64,000 nucleotides of DNA, from positions 6,704 to 70,703 of the forward strand of contig JAQCBR010000003.1 in assembly GCA_027621295.1 (NCBI GenBank). Direction: 5' to 3'. This DNA is from Planctomycetota bacterium. Lineage in GTDB: Bacteria; Planctomycetota; UBA1135; UBA2386. Each line of letters begins with the position of its first letter. Position 1 is the stretch's first letter. Of the stretch, positions 27,470 to 37,192 are shown piece after piece. Both the position numbers and the translations under genes were made by a program. A model generated the notes under the pieces. The model ran no database searches and was not told the origin of the DNA. It saw only the letters and a list, made by a program, of their open reading frames with translations.

Positions 27470-28366
27470 TCACGGCTCCAGCCGGAACGCTTCGGCGCCG
27501 TGCACACCGACCCAGTAGCCGAACGTGTAGCGCGCGTTCACCTCGACCAGAGGATGGAAGCGCAAGCTCCCTTCGTCGTCACGCCAGCGGAACGCGTCGA
27601 TCCCGAACGGACCGTGATAGCCGCACGCGGCCAGCGCCGCCGCGACGCGCCCGAACGCGGCCTCCAGCGCATCGCGCTCCTCGGCCCCGAGATCCCTGTC
27701 CCCCGCGAGGCGCGCGCCGAGGAACGCACCCTCGTCGGCGTTGGCGAGCACGACCGGCCCGCCGCGCTCCGCGAGCTGGCCGCCTTGCGCGAGTCGACCG
27801 TGCAGCGAGACGTCGAGCAGCCGCTCGACCAGAGGTTCGACCATCAACCCTCGCCCGTAGTCACCCATCGAAGCTTCGATCCACGTCCGGGCCGCCCGAT
27901 CGAGCCGGGACGGCACGACGACCTTCCGCATCCTGCCGCTGAATCCGAGCGGACGCTTGAGGAGCCAGGGCCGGTCGGGCGCGGACGCGGTCAGGTGCTC
28001 GACCGTGGCCACGTCCGTCGCGAACCCAGCACCCGGCAGGACCGGGCCCAGCCCCGCGCCGAACGCCCGATGGTTGACCGCACGGAGCACGTCCTCGGCT
28101 GGCGACGGCGGCGGCTCGACGCCGCAGGCCGCGAGCGCGCGACACGCGCCCGGCGTCGGGCACCAGGCGTCACCCGTGGCGCCGGCAGGAGGCCGCCCCT
28201 GATCGATCCCGACGAACCACGGCTCCGCTCCATGCACCCGGCGGAGCACCGGCCGCAGCACGCGCGCCAGCCGTGCTGTGTGACCGCGCATCCGGTCGGA
28301 GCGCGCGTAGCGAGGGTCCGACAGCTCGAACTCGGCGTCGACGTTCAGCACGAAGGCCGCGGTCAC
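27470..28366 (-). CDS. ATP-grasp-like protein
   Basis: GTG 28366 overlaps the upstream stop. WLLKRPLGFSGR, MVEPLVER..DVS, GYHGPFGIDAF and VEVNARYT are ATP-grasp motifs. Confidence 0.75.
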   Translation of the reverse strand: MTAAFVLNVDAEFELSDPRYARSDRMRGHTARLARVLRPVLRRVHGAEPWFVGIDQGRPPAGATGDAWCPTPGACRALAACGVEPPPSPAEDVLRAVNHRAFGAGLGPVLPGAGFATDVATVEHLTASAPDRPWLLKRPLGFSGRMRKVVVPSRLDRAARTWIEASMGDYGRGLMVEPLVERLLDVSLHGRLAQGGQLAERGGPVVLANADEGAFLGARLAGDRDLGAEERDALEAAFGRVAAALAACGYHGPFGIDAFRWRDDEGSLRFHPLVEVNARYTFGYWVGVHGAEAFRLEP

Positions 28367-29172
28367 CGCTGCGCCTCGAACGCTTCGAGCGCGTCGAGGA
28401 ACTCCTCGCTGAACCCAGCCCGCCGCCGGCCTTCCCGGTTCATCGGCCGGCCGCGGAAGAGGGCCGGCGTCAGCGGCGCCACGAGCGACCGCGCCCAGTC
28501 CTCGAACTCGAGCTCGGCACCGCCGAGCCGCGCGAACCACTCCGCGGCGAAGCGCACGTGCGCGATCTCGTCGGCGCCCACGGCTCGTTGGACCGACGCG
28601 CCCTTCGCATCCCCAGCCGACTCGAACCAGGCCGCGTAGCGATCCGCGTGGTCGAGGTTCGCCCCCTCGAGCCCGAGGCCGAGCAGCGCGACGAACTGCA
28701 CGACCGTCTCGCAGCTCGGGACGCGCTGCCAGAACCAGTCGCGGACCGGGAAGTCCCCGACCGCATGCCCCATCTCGCGGATGCGCGCCTCGTACATCCG
28801 CATGTGCCGCAGCTCGTCCCCGCAGATCCGCAGGAGCCCTCTGCGGAACTCCTCCGGCGCATCGGGGAACGCGAGCAGCGCCCATGCCATCAGCTCCGCC
28901 GCCTGCAGCTCGTGGTGCCAGAACGTGTGGAGCAACCGCGCGCGCTTGGTCGGATCGCCGAGTTCTCCCTGGCGGACAGAGCGCTTCGAGCGCGGCACGA
29001 CCTCGAGCTCCGCAGGACGGCCGGGTGCATCGATCCGGAGCGGCACTGCGTCCGCGGCGAAGACGATCGGCGCCTCGGGCGGCCGCAGCTTGTGCGCGAG
29101 ATCCGTGCTCGTGATGAACGCGAGTGCCCAGGCCTCGACGGTCTCCGGCACGGTTGCGGCAGCCTGGTTCAT
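28363..29172 (-). CDS. DUF455 family ferritin-like (diiron) protein
   Basis: LHTFWHHELQAAEL, DELRH, LEGANLD and DEIAHVRFAAEW diiron ligand pattern. Confidence 0.85.
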   Translation of the reverse strand: MNQAAATVPETVEAWALAFITSTDLAHKLRPPEAPIVFAADAVPLRIDAPGRPAELEVVPRSKRSVRQGELGDPTKRARLLHTFWHHELQAAELMAWALLAFPDAPEEFRRGLLRICGDELRHMRMYEARIREMGHAVGDFPVRDWFWQRVPSCETVVQFVALLGLGLEGANLDHADRYAAWFESAGDAKGASVQRAVGADEIAHVRFAAEWFARLGGAELEFEDWARSLVAPLTPALFRGRPMNREGRRRAGFSEEFLDALEAFEAQR

Positions 29173-29215
29173 CGCGCGCGACATGATGCCCGACAGCAGG
29201 CACGGGCGCCCGCGC

Positions 29216-31069
29216 TCACCGACCGATCGGGTAGAGCACGCCGTCCAACCCGAGCCGATAGCGGAGCACGTTGCGACCCGGCACCAGGGCCAACGTCCGT
29301 CCGCGCGCATCGTCCGCGGTCGCCGGACGCCAGGTCTGCATCGCGAAGCGGACGGCGCCGGGGGCGAACGCGCCGAGCGGACGGATCCGGGTCATCGCCC
29401 CCGGCACGTGGGGCACCCCCCGAGCCGGATGCCAGCTGCCGTCGTCGCCGATCCACGCCAGCCGGAGCGCCGTCTCGCCGAGCTCCTCCGTCTCGGCCGA
29501 CGCGTAGGCCCTCAGCAGCGGCTCACCTCGGGTGCCCTCGGGCGGGTCCGACCAGGCAGCTCGCGCCGCGGCGTTGGGAATGCCCTGGTCGGCGACCACC
29601 TCGATCTCGAGGTAGGAGGCGACGCCGAGTTCGACCGTGTGCTCGACGCGACCGGGCGGGGCGGGAACCTCGAGGTCGAACGCGGCGATCCGCGTGTCCG
29701 TCTCGAACCACGCCCGCCCGACCTCGAAGCCGTCGCCCAGGACTTCGAGCCGGCAGGGTCCCGGCGGGAGCAGGATTTCGCCCGAGGGAGGCAGCACGCA
29801 GAAACCCGAGCCGACGTCCGCGAGGCCGAGCGGCGCGTGGAGGAGGCCGTCCGGCCGTCGCACGCGAACCAGCGTCTCGGCAGGCCGACCACCCAGCGGT
29901 CGACGCACGTCGAGCCGGACCAGCGTGCCGTCCCGCGCGACCTCCGCGAAGTCGAGGCGGATGGCCTGACGCGCCGGCGACGACCTGACCCGGTAGCGCT
30001 GCTCGACGACGCGACCGGCGCGCGACGCAGCGACGACGACCAGCGCGCCGGGTGCCACGAAGATCGCAGTGGACGCCGTCTGCTCGACCGACTGGCGCTG
30101 GTCGAACTCGCCGACGGTCGGGATCGGCGTGCGGCCCGGGAACGCCGCGCCGACCCGGTCGGCCTGGTCCGGCGCGAAGACACGGAACGCGATCTTGTCC
30201 GCGACCTGCGGGCTGCCGTCCCCTCCGACGACGTCCACATCGATCCGGACACTCGCAACCTCGAGCCGGATCGGACCGAGTCCTGCGTCGATCTCGACCA
30301 GCGCGTCGGGAGCGTCTTCGCGAAATCCGAGCGGGATCGTGTCAGGCTCGTACTCGACCTCGTAGCGACCGGCGCGCATCCCGAGCGCGACGAACCGCCC
30401 GTCCTCGTCGGTCCGCAGGTCTGCGTCCGAGCCGCCGACGAGCCAGTCCGGCGCGTCCCGCTCGGGGCCTTCCATCCACACGAGAGCCACCGGGAAGTCC
30501 GGGAACGGAGCGGCGTCCGGACCGAGGACCCGTCCCTCGATGCGGAGATGATCGCGATCGAGAGTGAGTTCGACCGACTCGACCTGCCCCGCGCGCGGCA
30601 GCAGCACGGGCCTCGGCTCGGCGAAACCGTGTTCGGCGTGGTGCCCGGCGAGCGCCAGCTCCTCCGCGGCGTCGAAGAGCCCATCTTCCCGTCCGAACGA
30701 GAACCGCCCCTGCGGGTCAGCGCGCGTGAAGCCGATCCGGCGCTCGAGTCCTCGGTCGAGCAGATAGACGAGCGCACGTGGCACCGGCAGTCCCGCGCGG
30801 CCGCGCACGACTCCGGTGATGCCGCCACCTGCAGCGCGGACCCTCTCGACGAGGTCGTCCGTCGCGGCGGGCGCGAGCACGCGCGGCACCGCGGTCACCG
30901 CCCCGTCGGGGGTCACGTCGGTGTCCATCGACGGGGCGGCGGCTCCCGTAGGCACCTCCACGTTCGACAACGGCCCACCTTCGTCTCCCGACCCCGCGGC
31001 GAGTCCGGCGAGCGCGAGGGCCGCAGCGAGTGCTGCACACCAAGCCAGGAAACGCGCGCCACGACCCAT
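29216..31069 (-). CDS. Exported protein with carboxypeptidase-regulatory-like beta-sandwich repeats
   Basis: Start ATG 31069, hydrophobic N-terminus. ITGVVRG..GLPVP.ALV...RADPQGRF and IEGRVLGPD...TDEDGRF...G.Y repeats. Confidence 0.72.
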   Translation of the reverse strand: MGRGARFLAWCAALAAALALAGLAAGSGDEGGPLSNVEVPTGAAAPSMDTDVTPDGAVTAVPRVLAPAATDDLVERVRAAGGGITGVVRGRAGLPVPRALVYLLDRGLERRIGFTRADPQGRFSFGREDGLFDAAEELALAGHHAEHGFAEPRPVLLPRAGQVESVELTLDRDHLRIEGRVLGPDAAPFPDFPVALVWMEGPERDAPDWLVGGSDADLRTDEDGRFVALGMRAGRYEVEYEPDTIPLGFREDAPDALVEIDAGLGPIRLEVASVRIDVDVVGGDGSPQVADKIAFRVFAPDQADRVGAAFPGRTPIPTVGEFDQRQSVEQTASTAIFVAPGALVVVAASRAGRVVEQRYRVRSSPARQAIRLDFAEVARDGTLVRLDVRRPLGGRPAETLVRVRRPDGLLHAPLGLADVGSGFCVLPPSGEILLPPGPCRLEVLGDGFEVGRAWFETDTRIAAFDLEVPAPPGRVEHTVELGVASYLEIEVVADQGIPNAAARAAWSDPPEGTRGEPLLRAYASAETEELGETALRLAWIGDDGSWHPARGVPHVPGAMTRIRPLGAFAPGAVRFAMQTWRPATADDARGRTLALVPGRNVLRYRLGLDGVLYPIGR

Positions 31070-31177
31070 CGGACCGAAGTCTATCTCGCCCGGCAGATCG
31101 CCGACGGAAGGCGTTCCAACGGTGCGATGGCTGCGTAGCATCCCGACCATGCGACGGACGGCGATCCAGGGAGACGC

Positions 31178-32953
31178 GTGGCCGACTTCCTGATCGTGAT
31201 GGGAGCGGGCCCCGAGCCCGCGCGCCTCTTCGAGGCCGGTCTGCGCGTGGCCGCGGGCCAGGGCTTCGGCGCTCCGGTCCAGACCGTGGTCCGGTCCGGG
31301 GTGCGCGTCGCGACGTTCGCCCGACGCGCGTCACCCCGCGCGCCCGAGATCGTCGAGGAAGGCCCGCGCTGGGCGCTGGTGTCGGGCACCTGCCTCGTCC
31401 CCGATGCCGCCCGTTCCGTAATCGACGAGGGCGTCGAGGCCGTGGCCGCGCGGGCCGACGGAGCCTTCGCGCTGGCGGCCGGCGACGAGCGGACCGCCGA
31501 GCTCGCCACCGATCCGATCGGCACACACCACGTCCACGTGCGGGTCGGCGACGGCGCCTCGGCCTTCGCGAGCTCGGCGCTCTGGCTGGCCGCGCTGGGC
31601 GACTCACCGCTCGACGCCACGGCCTGCGAGGAGTTCCTCGCCACCGGCGTGATCTACGAGGACCGGACCCCGTGGCAGGCGGTGCGCGCACTCGCCGCGG
31701 CGACGCGCTTCGCGCTCGGTGCCAGCGGCGCACGACCCGTCGCGCGGACGTGGCAGCCGGAGGACCTGGAGCCCGGCTCGATCCGCGGCACCGAGGCTGT
31801 CGACGCGTTCGGAGCGGTGATGCTGGACGTCGGGGCCCGGCTGGGCGACGCCGTCGAACGGCCGGTCGCCGACCTGACTGCGGGCTGGGACTCGCGCCTG
31901 CTCTGCGGCTTCCTGATGCGCGCCGGGCTGCCGATCGAGACGACGGTCACCGGCCCGGCCGACGGCGCCGACGTCCTGCTGTCCGGCCGCATCGCACGCG
32001 AGCTCGGACTCCGACACCTCGTCCTGCCGCTCGGCGCGCCACCGACGGCCGATGAGGTCCTCGACGCCGTCGAGCTGACCGACGGGCTGGTCAACGCGAT
32101 CGGATACGCGCGCATCCTCCGGGTGCACCGGGAGCTGAGCGGGCGTTTCGGTGCGTCGCTGAACGGCTCGTTCGGCGAAGTCGCACGCGGCTACTGGTGG
32201 GAGATCCTGCGGCCGTCCCCGGACGCGGTCGGTCCTCTCGACCCCGCCGCGATCAGCCGCGCACGCTACGCGGCCGGCGCGCCCGATCTCGCGCTGTTCG
32301 GACCCGAGGCACGCCCGTCCCCGGTCGAGCACTTCACGGATCTGGTGGCCCGGACGGACCGCGCTGTCACCGGAGACGTGCCGATGTCGTTCCGGCTCGA
32401 CCACACCTATCTCCGACTCCGGATGCGCTCCTGGCACGGCCGGATCGCGAGCAGCACCGATCGCCTGTGGCCCTGCCTGTCGCCGCTGGCGTCGCGCGCG
32501 GCGCTCGAAGTCCTGCTACGGACGCCCGCCCACGAGCGCGTCGGCAACCGGTTCGCGCGGCAGGTGCTCGCGCGCTTCGCGCCGCGCCTCGCGGCTCTTC
32601 CCCTCGAGAGTGGAGGACCAGCACTGCCGCGGACGGTCGCGAACGCATGGCGGTTCGCGCCCGAGGCGCTCGGTTTCACGCGCCGCGCGTTCAAGAAGCT
32701 GACCGGCCAGCGGACCTACGCGCGGACTCTCGAGGAGACGTCCGCCCCCCGCCTCGCGCTCCTCGCGGACGAACGGATCGCCGACCGGCTCCGACCGGAA
32801 GTCATGGCGCTCGGGGACCACGTGGACCGGGATCGACTCGCCGGCGTGCTGACCGCGATGCGCGCTCCCGCATGGCAGCACGACCTCGCGTTCGGCAACC
32901 TGCTCGCGCTCGAGCTCGCGCTCGATCGAGCCCGCGCGCTGCGCCGCGGCTGA
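31178..32953 (+). CDS. Asparagine synthetase-related protein (degenerate Ntn domain plus PP-loop synthetase domain)
   Basis: DGAFAL, ATDPIG, FASS, PP-loop DLTAGWDSR and NGSFGEVARG. No N-terminal catalytic Cys. Confidence 0.75.
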   Translation: MADFLIVMGAGPEPARLFEAGLRVAAGQGFGAPVQTVVRSGVRVATFARRASPRAPEIVEEGPRWALVSGTCLVPDAARSVIDEGVEAVAARADGAFALAAGDERTAELATDPIGTHHVHVRVGDGASAFASSALWLAALGDSPLDATACEEFLATGVIYEDRTPWQAVRALAAATRFALGASGARPVARTWQPEDLEPGSIRGTEAVDAFGAVMLDVGARLGDAVERPVADLTAGWDSRLLCGFLMRAGLPIETTVTGPADGADVLLSGRIARELGLRHLVLPLGAPPTADEVLDAVELTDGLVNAIGYARILRVHRELSGRFGASLNGSFGEVARGYWWEILRPSPDAVGPLDPAAISRARYAAGAPDLALFGPEARPSPVEHFTDLVARTDRAVTGDVPMSFRLDHTYLRLRMRSWHGRIASSTDRLWPCLSPLASRAALEVLLRTPAHERVGNRFARQVLARFAPRLAALPLESGGPALPRTVANAWRFAPEALGFTRRAFKKLTGQRTYARTLEETSAPRLALLADERIADRLRPEVMALGDHVDRDRLAGVLTAMRAPAWQHDLAFGNLLALELALDRARALRRG

Positions 32954-33003
32954 ACGCAGCCGCTCCTGAGCACGCGGGAACGGATCAGGTATCCTCCGCG
33001 CCC

Positions 33004-36000
33004 ATGCGCGTCGCACCCGTGTCCCGCTCGCTCGCTGTCCTGCTGACCGTCGCGCTCGTCGGGGCCGCTCCCGCAGCCGGCCAGGACATGGCGACCACGC
33101 GGCAGTCGGAGCCGACGCTGCGCCGCGAGCTGCGTCATCAGGAGCTGCTGGACGCGTACAAGACGCTGACGGCCGACGATGCGGTCGCGGCCGAAGCCGC
33201 CGGGCGCCTAGCCGCGATCAGCCTCGAAGTGCAGGCGCTGGCGCGTGCCGGATCGCTCGACGACCTCCGCAAGCTCGATCCGAAGGCGCGTGTCGCGCAG
33301 GTCGCGGGCGCGGCCGAACGCACCGCGCAGGAGCATCTGGCGGTGTCCGGCTGGCTATTCCTCGTCGGCGCCAAAGCGGAGGCCGAGGACGCGCTCGCCA
33401 GCGCGCGCACGCTCGATCCGGGCCTGAAGGCGGCGACCGACGACGCGCTCGCGGCCGCACGCGGACAGGGTGTCCCGAAGGGCGGCTACCACCGATACCG
33501 CGGCCAGTTCCTGCCGCTCGACGTCCGGGACCGCGCCCGCACGATCGACCTCGCCCTCGAGGCGATCGCAGGCCTTGGCCTCGACGCAGTCCGCCTCCCG
33601 TTCCAACCCTCGACCGAGGAGACGGACCTGGAGCGCTTCGTCGCGCTCGGCGGCGCGGGCCACGACGCGCTCCGCGCGGCCGCCGCATCCATCCGCGAGG
33701 CGCTCGCGCCCGACTACGACGAGGTGCGCGGCTGGCTCGCTTCCTACGCACGGAGCGAACGGCAGCGGACCGCGGTCCTCACCGCCTACGAGGCGCTCCG
33801 CGCGCCGCGCGGCGAGCTGCTCCAGCTGATCGGCAGGTACGACAAGCCCGAGCAGGGACAGGTCGACGCACAGCGTGCGGCGCTCGAGGACCTCTACGAG
33901 ACCTACGAGCGGGAGGTCGAGCGCGATCGGGCCGCACTTGCCCGCCTCTCCGCGGAATCGGCGCACGCACTCCTGCTCCGCGTCACTGCGCTCGAGGCCG
34001 CGCTGAGCGCCGCCGACACCTGCCTCGTCCGCGAGACCGGCAAGGGCCTGGGGCCCCACCCCTACAGCCGCCCGGCGGACGCAGCGACGAGCGAGCAGCG
34101 CCACCTGCCGGGACGCGAGCAGTCCGGTCTCGAGGACGTGCTCTGGCTGCTGCTCAAGCTACGCGCCCACCAGGTCGGCGACGTGCTCGGACGGGGCGCG
34201 GACCTGATGCGCGTCCAGCAGCAGATGACGCCCTGGGAGCGGTGGCTCGTCGAGGAACAGCTCGCCGAGGCGATCGACATCTACAACGGCCAGGCCTCGT
34301 TCAGCCTGGATGCGACCGAGTGGCAGTTCGTCGACGTGCTCAACCGCTACCGCCGCGTGCTCGGCCTCCAGCCGTTCGAGGTCGAGGAGCGGATGAACGC
34401 CGCTTCGCGGAAGCACAGCCAGGAGATGGTCGACCTCGGCTACTTCGGCCACATCTCGCCGGTCGCCCGCAACCGCGGGCCCTCCGACCGCGTCCGGCTC
34501 GAGGGCTACGGCGGTGGTGTCGGCGAGAACTGCCTGGGCGGCAGCGTCGACGGTCGTGGAGCGTTCGAGGGCTGGTACCACTCCCCCGGACACCACCGCG
34601 GCATGGTCTCGCGGAGCCCACACCTCGGCGTCGGCGCTGCCCGCAGCCACAGCATGTGGACGATGGTGATGGGCGGCGGCGACGTGGGATGGAGGAGCCT
34701 GCACGCGGACCTCCCGCCCGAACGCGCCGGAGCCTGCCGCGACGCCGTGGCCGCGTGGGCCAAGGTCCTGCAGATCGCGTCGCCGAGCCCGAAGGATCTC
34801 GAGCGCGCAGCTCTCGGACGGGCGGACGTGGACGCGCTGTTCCCGGACGTGCTGCCCTTCGTCGCCCGCCTCGCTTTCGAAGCAGCGACGAACGAGCGCC
34901 ACGGATGGCACGAGGCGGCACCCGCACTCCTCGCCTACGTGGTCGATGCCGACGTCCCGGTGGCGTGGCGACCCCTCCAGGTCGCGTCTGTCGCGGCCGC
35001 GATCGACATCCTCCACCTCGGCGGAACGACCGAGGTCCGGAGGCGCGCGCTCGAGCTCGTGGCCCCTCTCACCGGCAACACGTTCGGCTACTCCCCCGAG
35101 GCCGGCCCGAGCGCCCGCCTCGACGCCACGCTGCAGATCCGCGCGCACTGGGAGGACGACGCGCAGTGGAACTACCGGCGCACGGAGCCCGCTCCCGAGG
35201 TCGTCGCACTCCCCGGCCGCAGCGATGGACCGAGTGCCAAGGCCAAGCTCCGGGTGCTCGCCAAGCCGGAGCGCCTGAAGCTCGCCCGCGCCAACGGCGG
35301 CGGCTCGGACACCGAGCGCGCGATCGAGCTGGGCCTCGACTTCCTCGCCCGCGCGCAGGATCCGGACGGTGCTTGGCGGGCGCGGGCCTTCGTCCTCAAC
35401 CACCGCGACTTCGACGCGCGGAACGCCGGCATGGGCAACGCCGAGTGGGACATCGCGATGACCGGCCTGTCCGTGCTGGCCTTCGTGTCCTCCGGCCATA
35501 CCCCGGACCAGGGCGATCACCAGGAGGTCGTGCGCCGCGGCGTGGAGTGGCTGAAGGCACGCGTCATCGACTACGGCAAGTTCGAGACCGTGTCGGGTCA
35601 CTACATGTACGGCCATGCGATCGCGACGCAGGCTCTCTGCGAGGCCTTCGCCTACACCGACGACCCGTCGCTGGGCGCCGCCGCCCAGCTCGCGCTCGAC
35701 TACATCGCGTTCTCCCAGGACCCGAACGGCGGCGGCTGGCGGTACGACGCGCGCCAGGCGGGCGACACCTCGGTCGTCGGCTGGGTGGTGATGGCGCTGA
35801 ACGCCGGCTTCAAGGCCAACCTCCAGGTGGTCGGCTTCCGCGATGCGATCCGCTTCCTCGATGCGGTGACGATGTCGGGCTACTACCAGGTCGGCTACAC
35901 GCACCGCCCGGGCCTCGCCCCCGAGAACCTGCGCCTGACGGCGGCAGGAATGACGAGCCGCCTCTTCCTCGGGCAGGAGGCCCACGAGGCGAAGATCGCG

Positions 36001-37188
36001 ATGCCGGCGTGGCGCCTCATCGAGCAAGTGCCGACCAAGCACAACCCCGACTTCTACTACTGGTACTACGGAACGCTCTCGCTGTTCCAGGTCGGTGGCC
36101 AGCACTGGAAGACCTGGAACAAGGCGCTGAAGGAGTCGCTGCTCGAGCTCCAGGAGACCAACCGCGGCTCGGCTTACGCCGGGTCGTGGCCCCCCGACCG
36201 CGCGTACGGCGGACAGGGCGGTCGCATCTACCAGACGGCGCTCGGCATCCTGATGCTGACGACCTACTACCGCTACGACCGCGCGCCGAAGATCAAGGTC
36301 TACCCGTTCACCGGCAACCTCCGGGAGCACACCGCTCCGTTCCTCGCGACGCTGCGCAACGAGAAGGACCCGCAGACCCAGGCACTCGTGCTGCAGAAGC
36401 TCGTCGACGAGATCGGCCCTTCCCTGGTACCGGTCATCGCCGAGACCGCAGCCGACCCGAAGGAACCGAAGGAGCTGCGCGAGATGCTGGCGCGCGCGCT
36501 GGTCACGATCTCCGAGCCGCGCCACGAGGCGCTGATCCTCCCGCTGCTCGGCAGCGACAACGGCGTCGTCGCCGCCAACGCAGCGCGCGCGATCGCCGAG
36601 AACGGCAGCGACACCGCCGCCCAGGCGATGATCGCCGCGCTGAACCACGGCAACCGGAACGTGCGGATCTTCGCGGCCCGCGCGCTCGGCCGCCTCGGCA
36701 TCCACGAGGCGGCCCTCGCACTCAGCACCCGCGCGGACGCCGAGGGTGACAACGGCGTGAAGAACGAGCTCGCTGCGGCGCTCCGCATGCTCGCGACGCG
36801 CGACAGCCTCAGCAAGCTCGTCGACCGCGCGCTGCCCAAGGGAGAGCAGGGACGTCTCGCCGTCTACGAGGGCCTCGACCTGCTCCACGGCGACGGCATC
36901 GCTGACCGGCTGGTCGCGCTGGAGAGCGCAGAGGAAGACCTGTTCGACAAGGCCGTGGGCGCGATCGAGGAGCACCGCGGCGGCGCGCTCGTGCCGCTGC
37001 TCGTCGTGATGCTCGAGTCCGACTCGATCGAGAACCGACAGGTGGCGATCAAATACCTGCAGGCGATCACCCGCCACACCCACGGCTTCAAGCCGGAGGA
37101 CAGCCAAGGGGACCGGAAGAAGGCCGTGAAGGAGTGGGAACGCTGGTGGAAGCAGGCCGGCGGCGGCTACGCGGAAGAGAAGCGCTGA
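33004..37188 (+). CDS. Large secreted multidomain protein: CAP domain, prenyltransferase/squalene-cyclase-like alpha-toroid, HEAT repeats
   Basis: Start ATG 33004 with signal peptide. CAP motifs (N.YR...GL, HS.EM...YFGH, GEN, W.HSPGH), QW-like repeats (QDPDGAW, QDPNGGGWRY, YYWYYGT) and C-terminal HEAT repeats. Confidence 0.82.
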   Translation: MRVAPVSRSLAVLLTVALVGAAPAAGQDMATTRQSEPTLRRELRHQELLDAYKTLTADDAVAAEAAGRLAAISLEVQALARAGSLDDLRKLDPKARVAQVAGAAERTAQEHLAVSGWLFLVGAKAEAEDALASARTLDPGLKAATDDALAAARGQGVPKGGYHRYRGQFLPLDVRDRARTIDLALEAIAGLGLDAVRLPFQPSTEETDLERFVALGGAGHDALRAAAASIREALAPDYDEVRGWLASYARSERQRTAVLTAYEALRAPRGELLQLIGRYDKPEQGQVDAQRAALEDLYETYEREVERDRAALARLSAESAHALLLRVTALEAALSAADTCLVRETGKGLGPHPYSRPADAATSEQRHLPGREQSGLEDVLWLLLKLRAHQVGDVLGRGADLMRVQQQMTPWERWLVEEQLAEAIDIYNGQASFSLDATEWQFVDVLNRYRRVLGLQPFEVEERMNAASRKHSQEMVDLGYFGHISPVARNRGPSDRVRLEGYGGGVGENCLGGSVDGRGAFEGWYHSPGHHRGMVSRSPHLGVGAARSHSMWTMVMGGGDVGWRSLHADLPPERAGACRDAVAAWAKVLQIASPSPKDLERAALGRADVDALFPDVLPFVARLAFEAATNERHGWHEAAPALLAYVVDADVPVAWRPLQVASVAAAIDILHLGGTTEVRRRALELVAPLTGNTFGYSPEAGPSARLDATLQIRAHWEDDAQWNYRRTEPAPEVVALPGRSDGPSAKAKLRVLAKPERLKLARANGGGSDTERAIELGLDFLARAQDPDGAWRARAFVLNHRDFDARNAGMGNAEWDIAMTGLSVLAFVSSGHTPDQGDHQEVVRRGVEWLKARVIDYGKFETVSGHYMYGHAIATQALCEAFAYTDDPSLGAAAQLALDYIAFSQDPNGGGWRYDARQAGDTSVVGWVVMALNAGFKANLQVVGFRDAIRFLDAVTMSGYYQVGYTHRPGLAPENLRLTAAGMTSRLFLGQEAHEAKIAMPAWRLIEQVPTKHNPDFYYWYYGTLSLFQVGGQHWKTWNKALKESLLELQETNRGSAYAGSWPPDRAYGGQGGRIYQTALGILMLTTYYRYDRAPKIKVYPFTGNLREHTAPFLATLRNEKDPQTQALVLQKLVDEIGPSLVPVIAETAADPKEPKELREMLARALVTISEPRHEALILPLLGSDNGVVAANAARAIAENGSDTAAQAMIAALNHGNRNVRIFAARALGRLGIHEAALALSTRADAEGDNGVKNELAAALRMLATRDSLSKLVDRALPKGEQGRLAVYEGLDLLHGDGIADRLVALESAEEDLFDKAVGAIEEHRGGALVPLLVVMLESDSIENRQVAIKYLQAITRHTHGFKPEDSQGDRKKAVKEWERWWKQAGGGYAEEKR

Positions 37189-37192
37189 CCCG

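Noticed and set aside
31149-32953. Short ORF plus Asn-synthetase-like gene as a lasso peptide locus
   Set aside because: The peptide is too short and lacks a leader/core pattern, and no B1/B2 (RRE or transglutaminase-like peptidase) genes are nearby.
35290-36280. Squalene-hopene cyclase call
   Set aside because: Only one toroid with QW-like repeats, no DXDD motif found, and the protein is exported.
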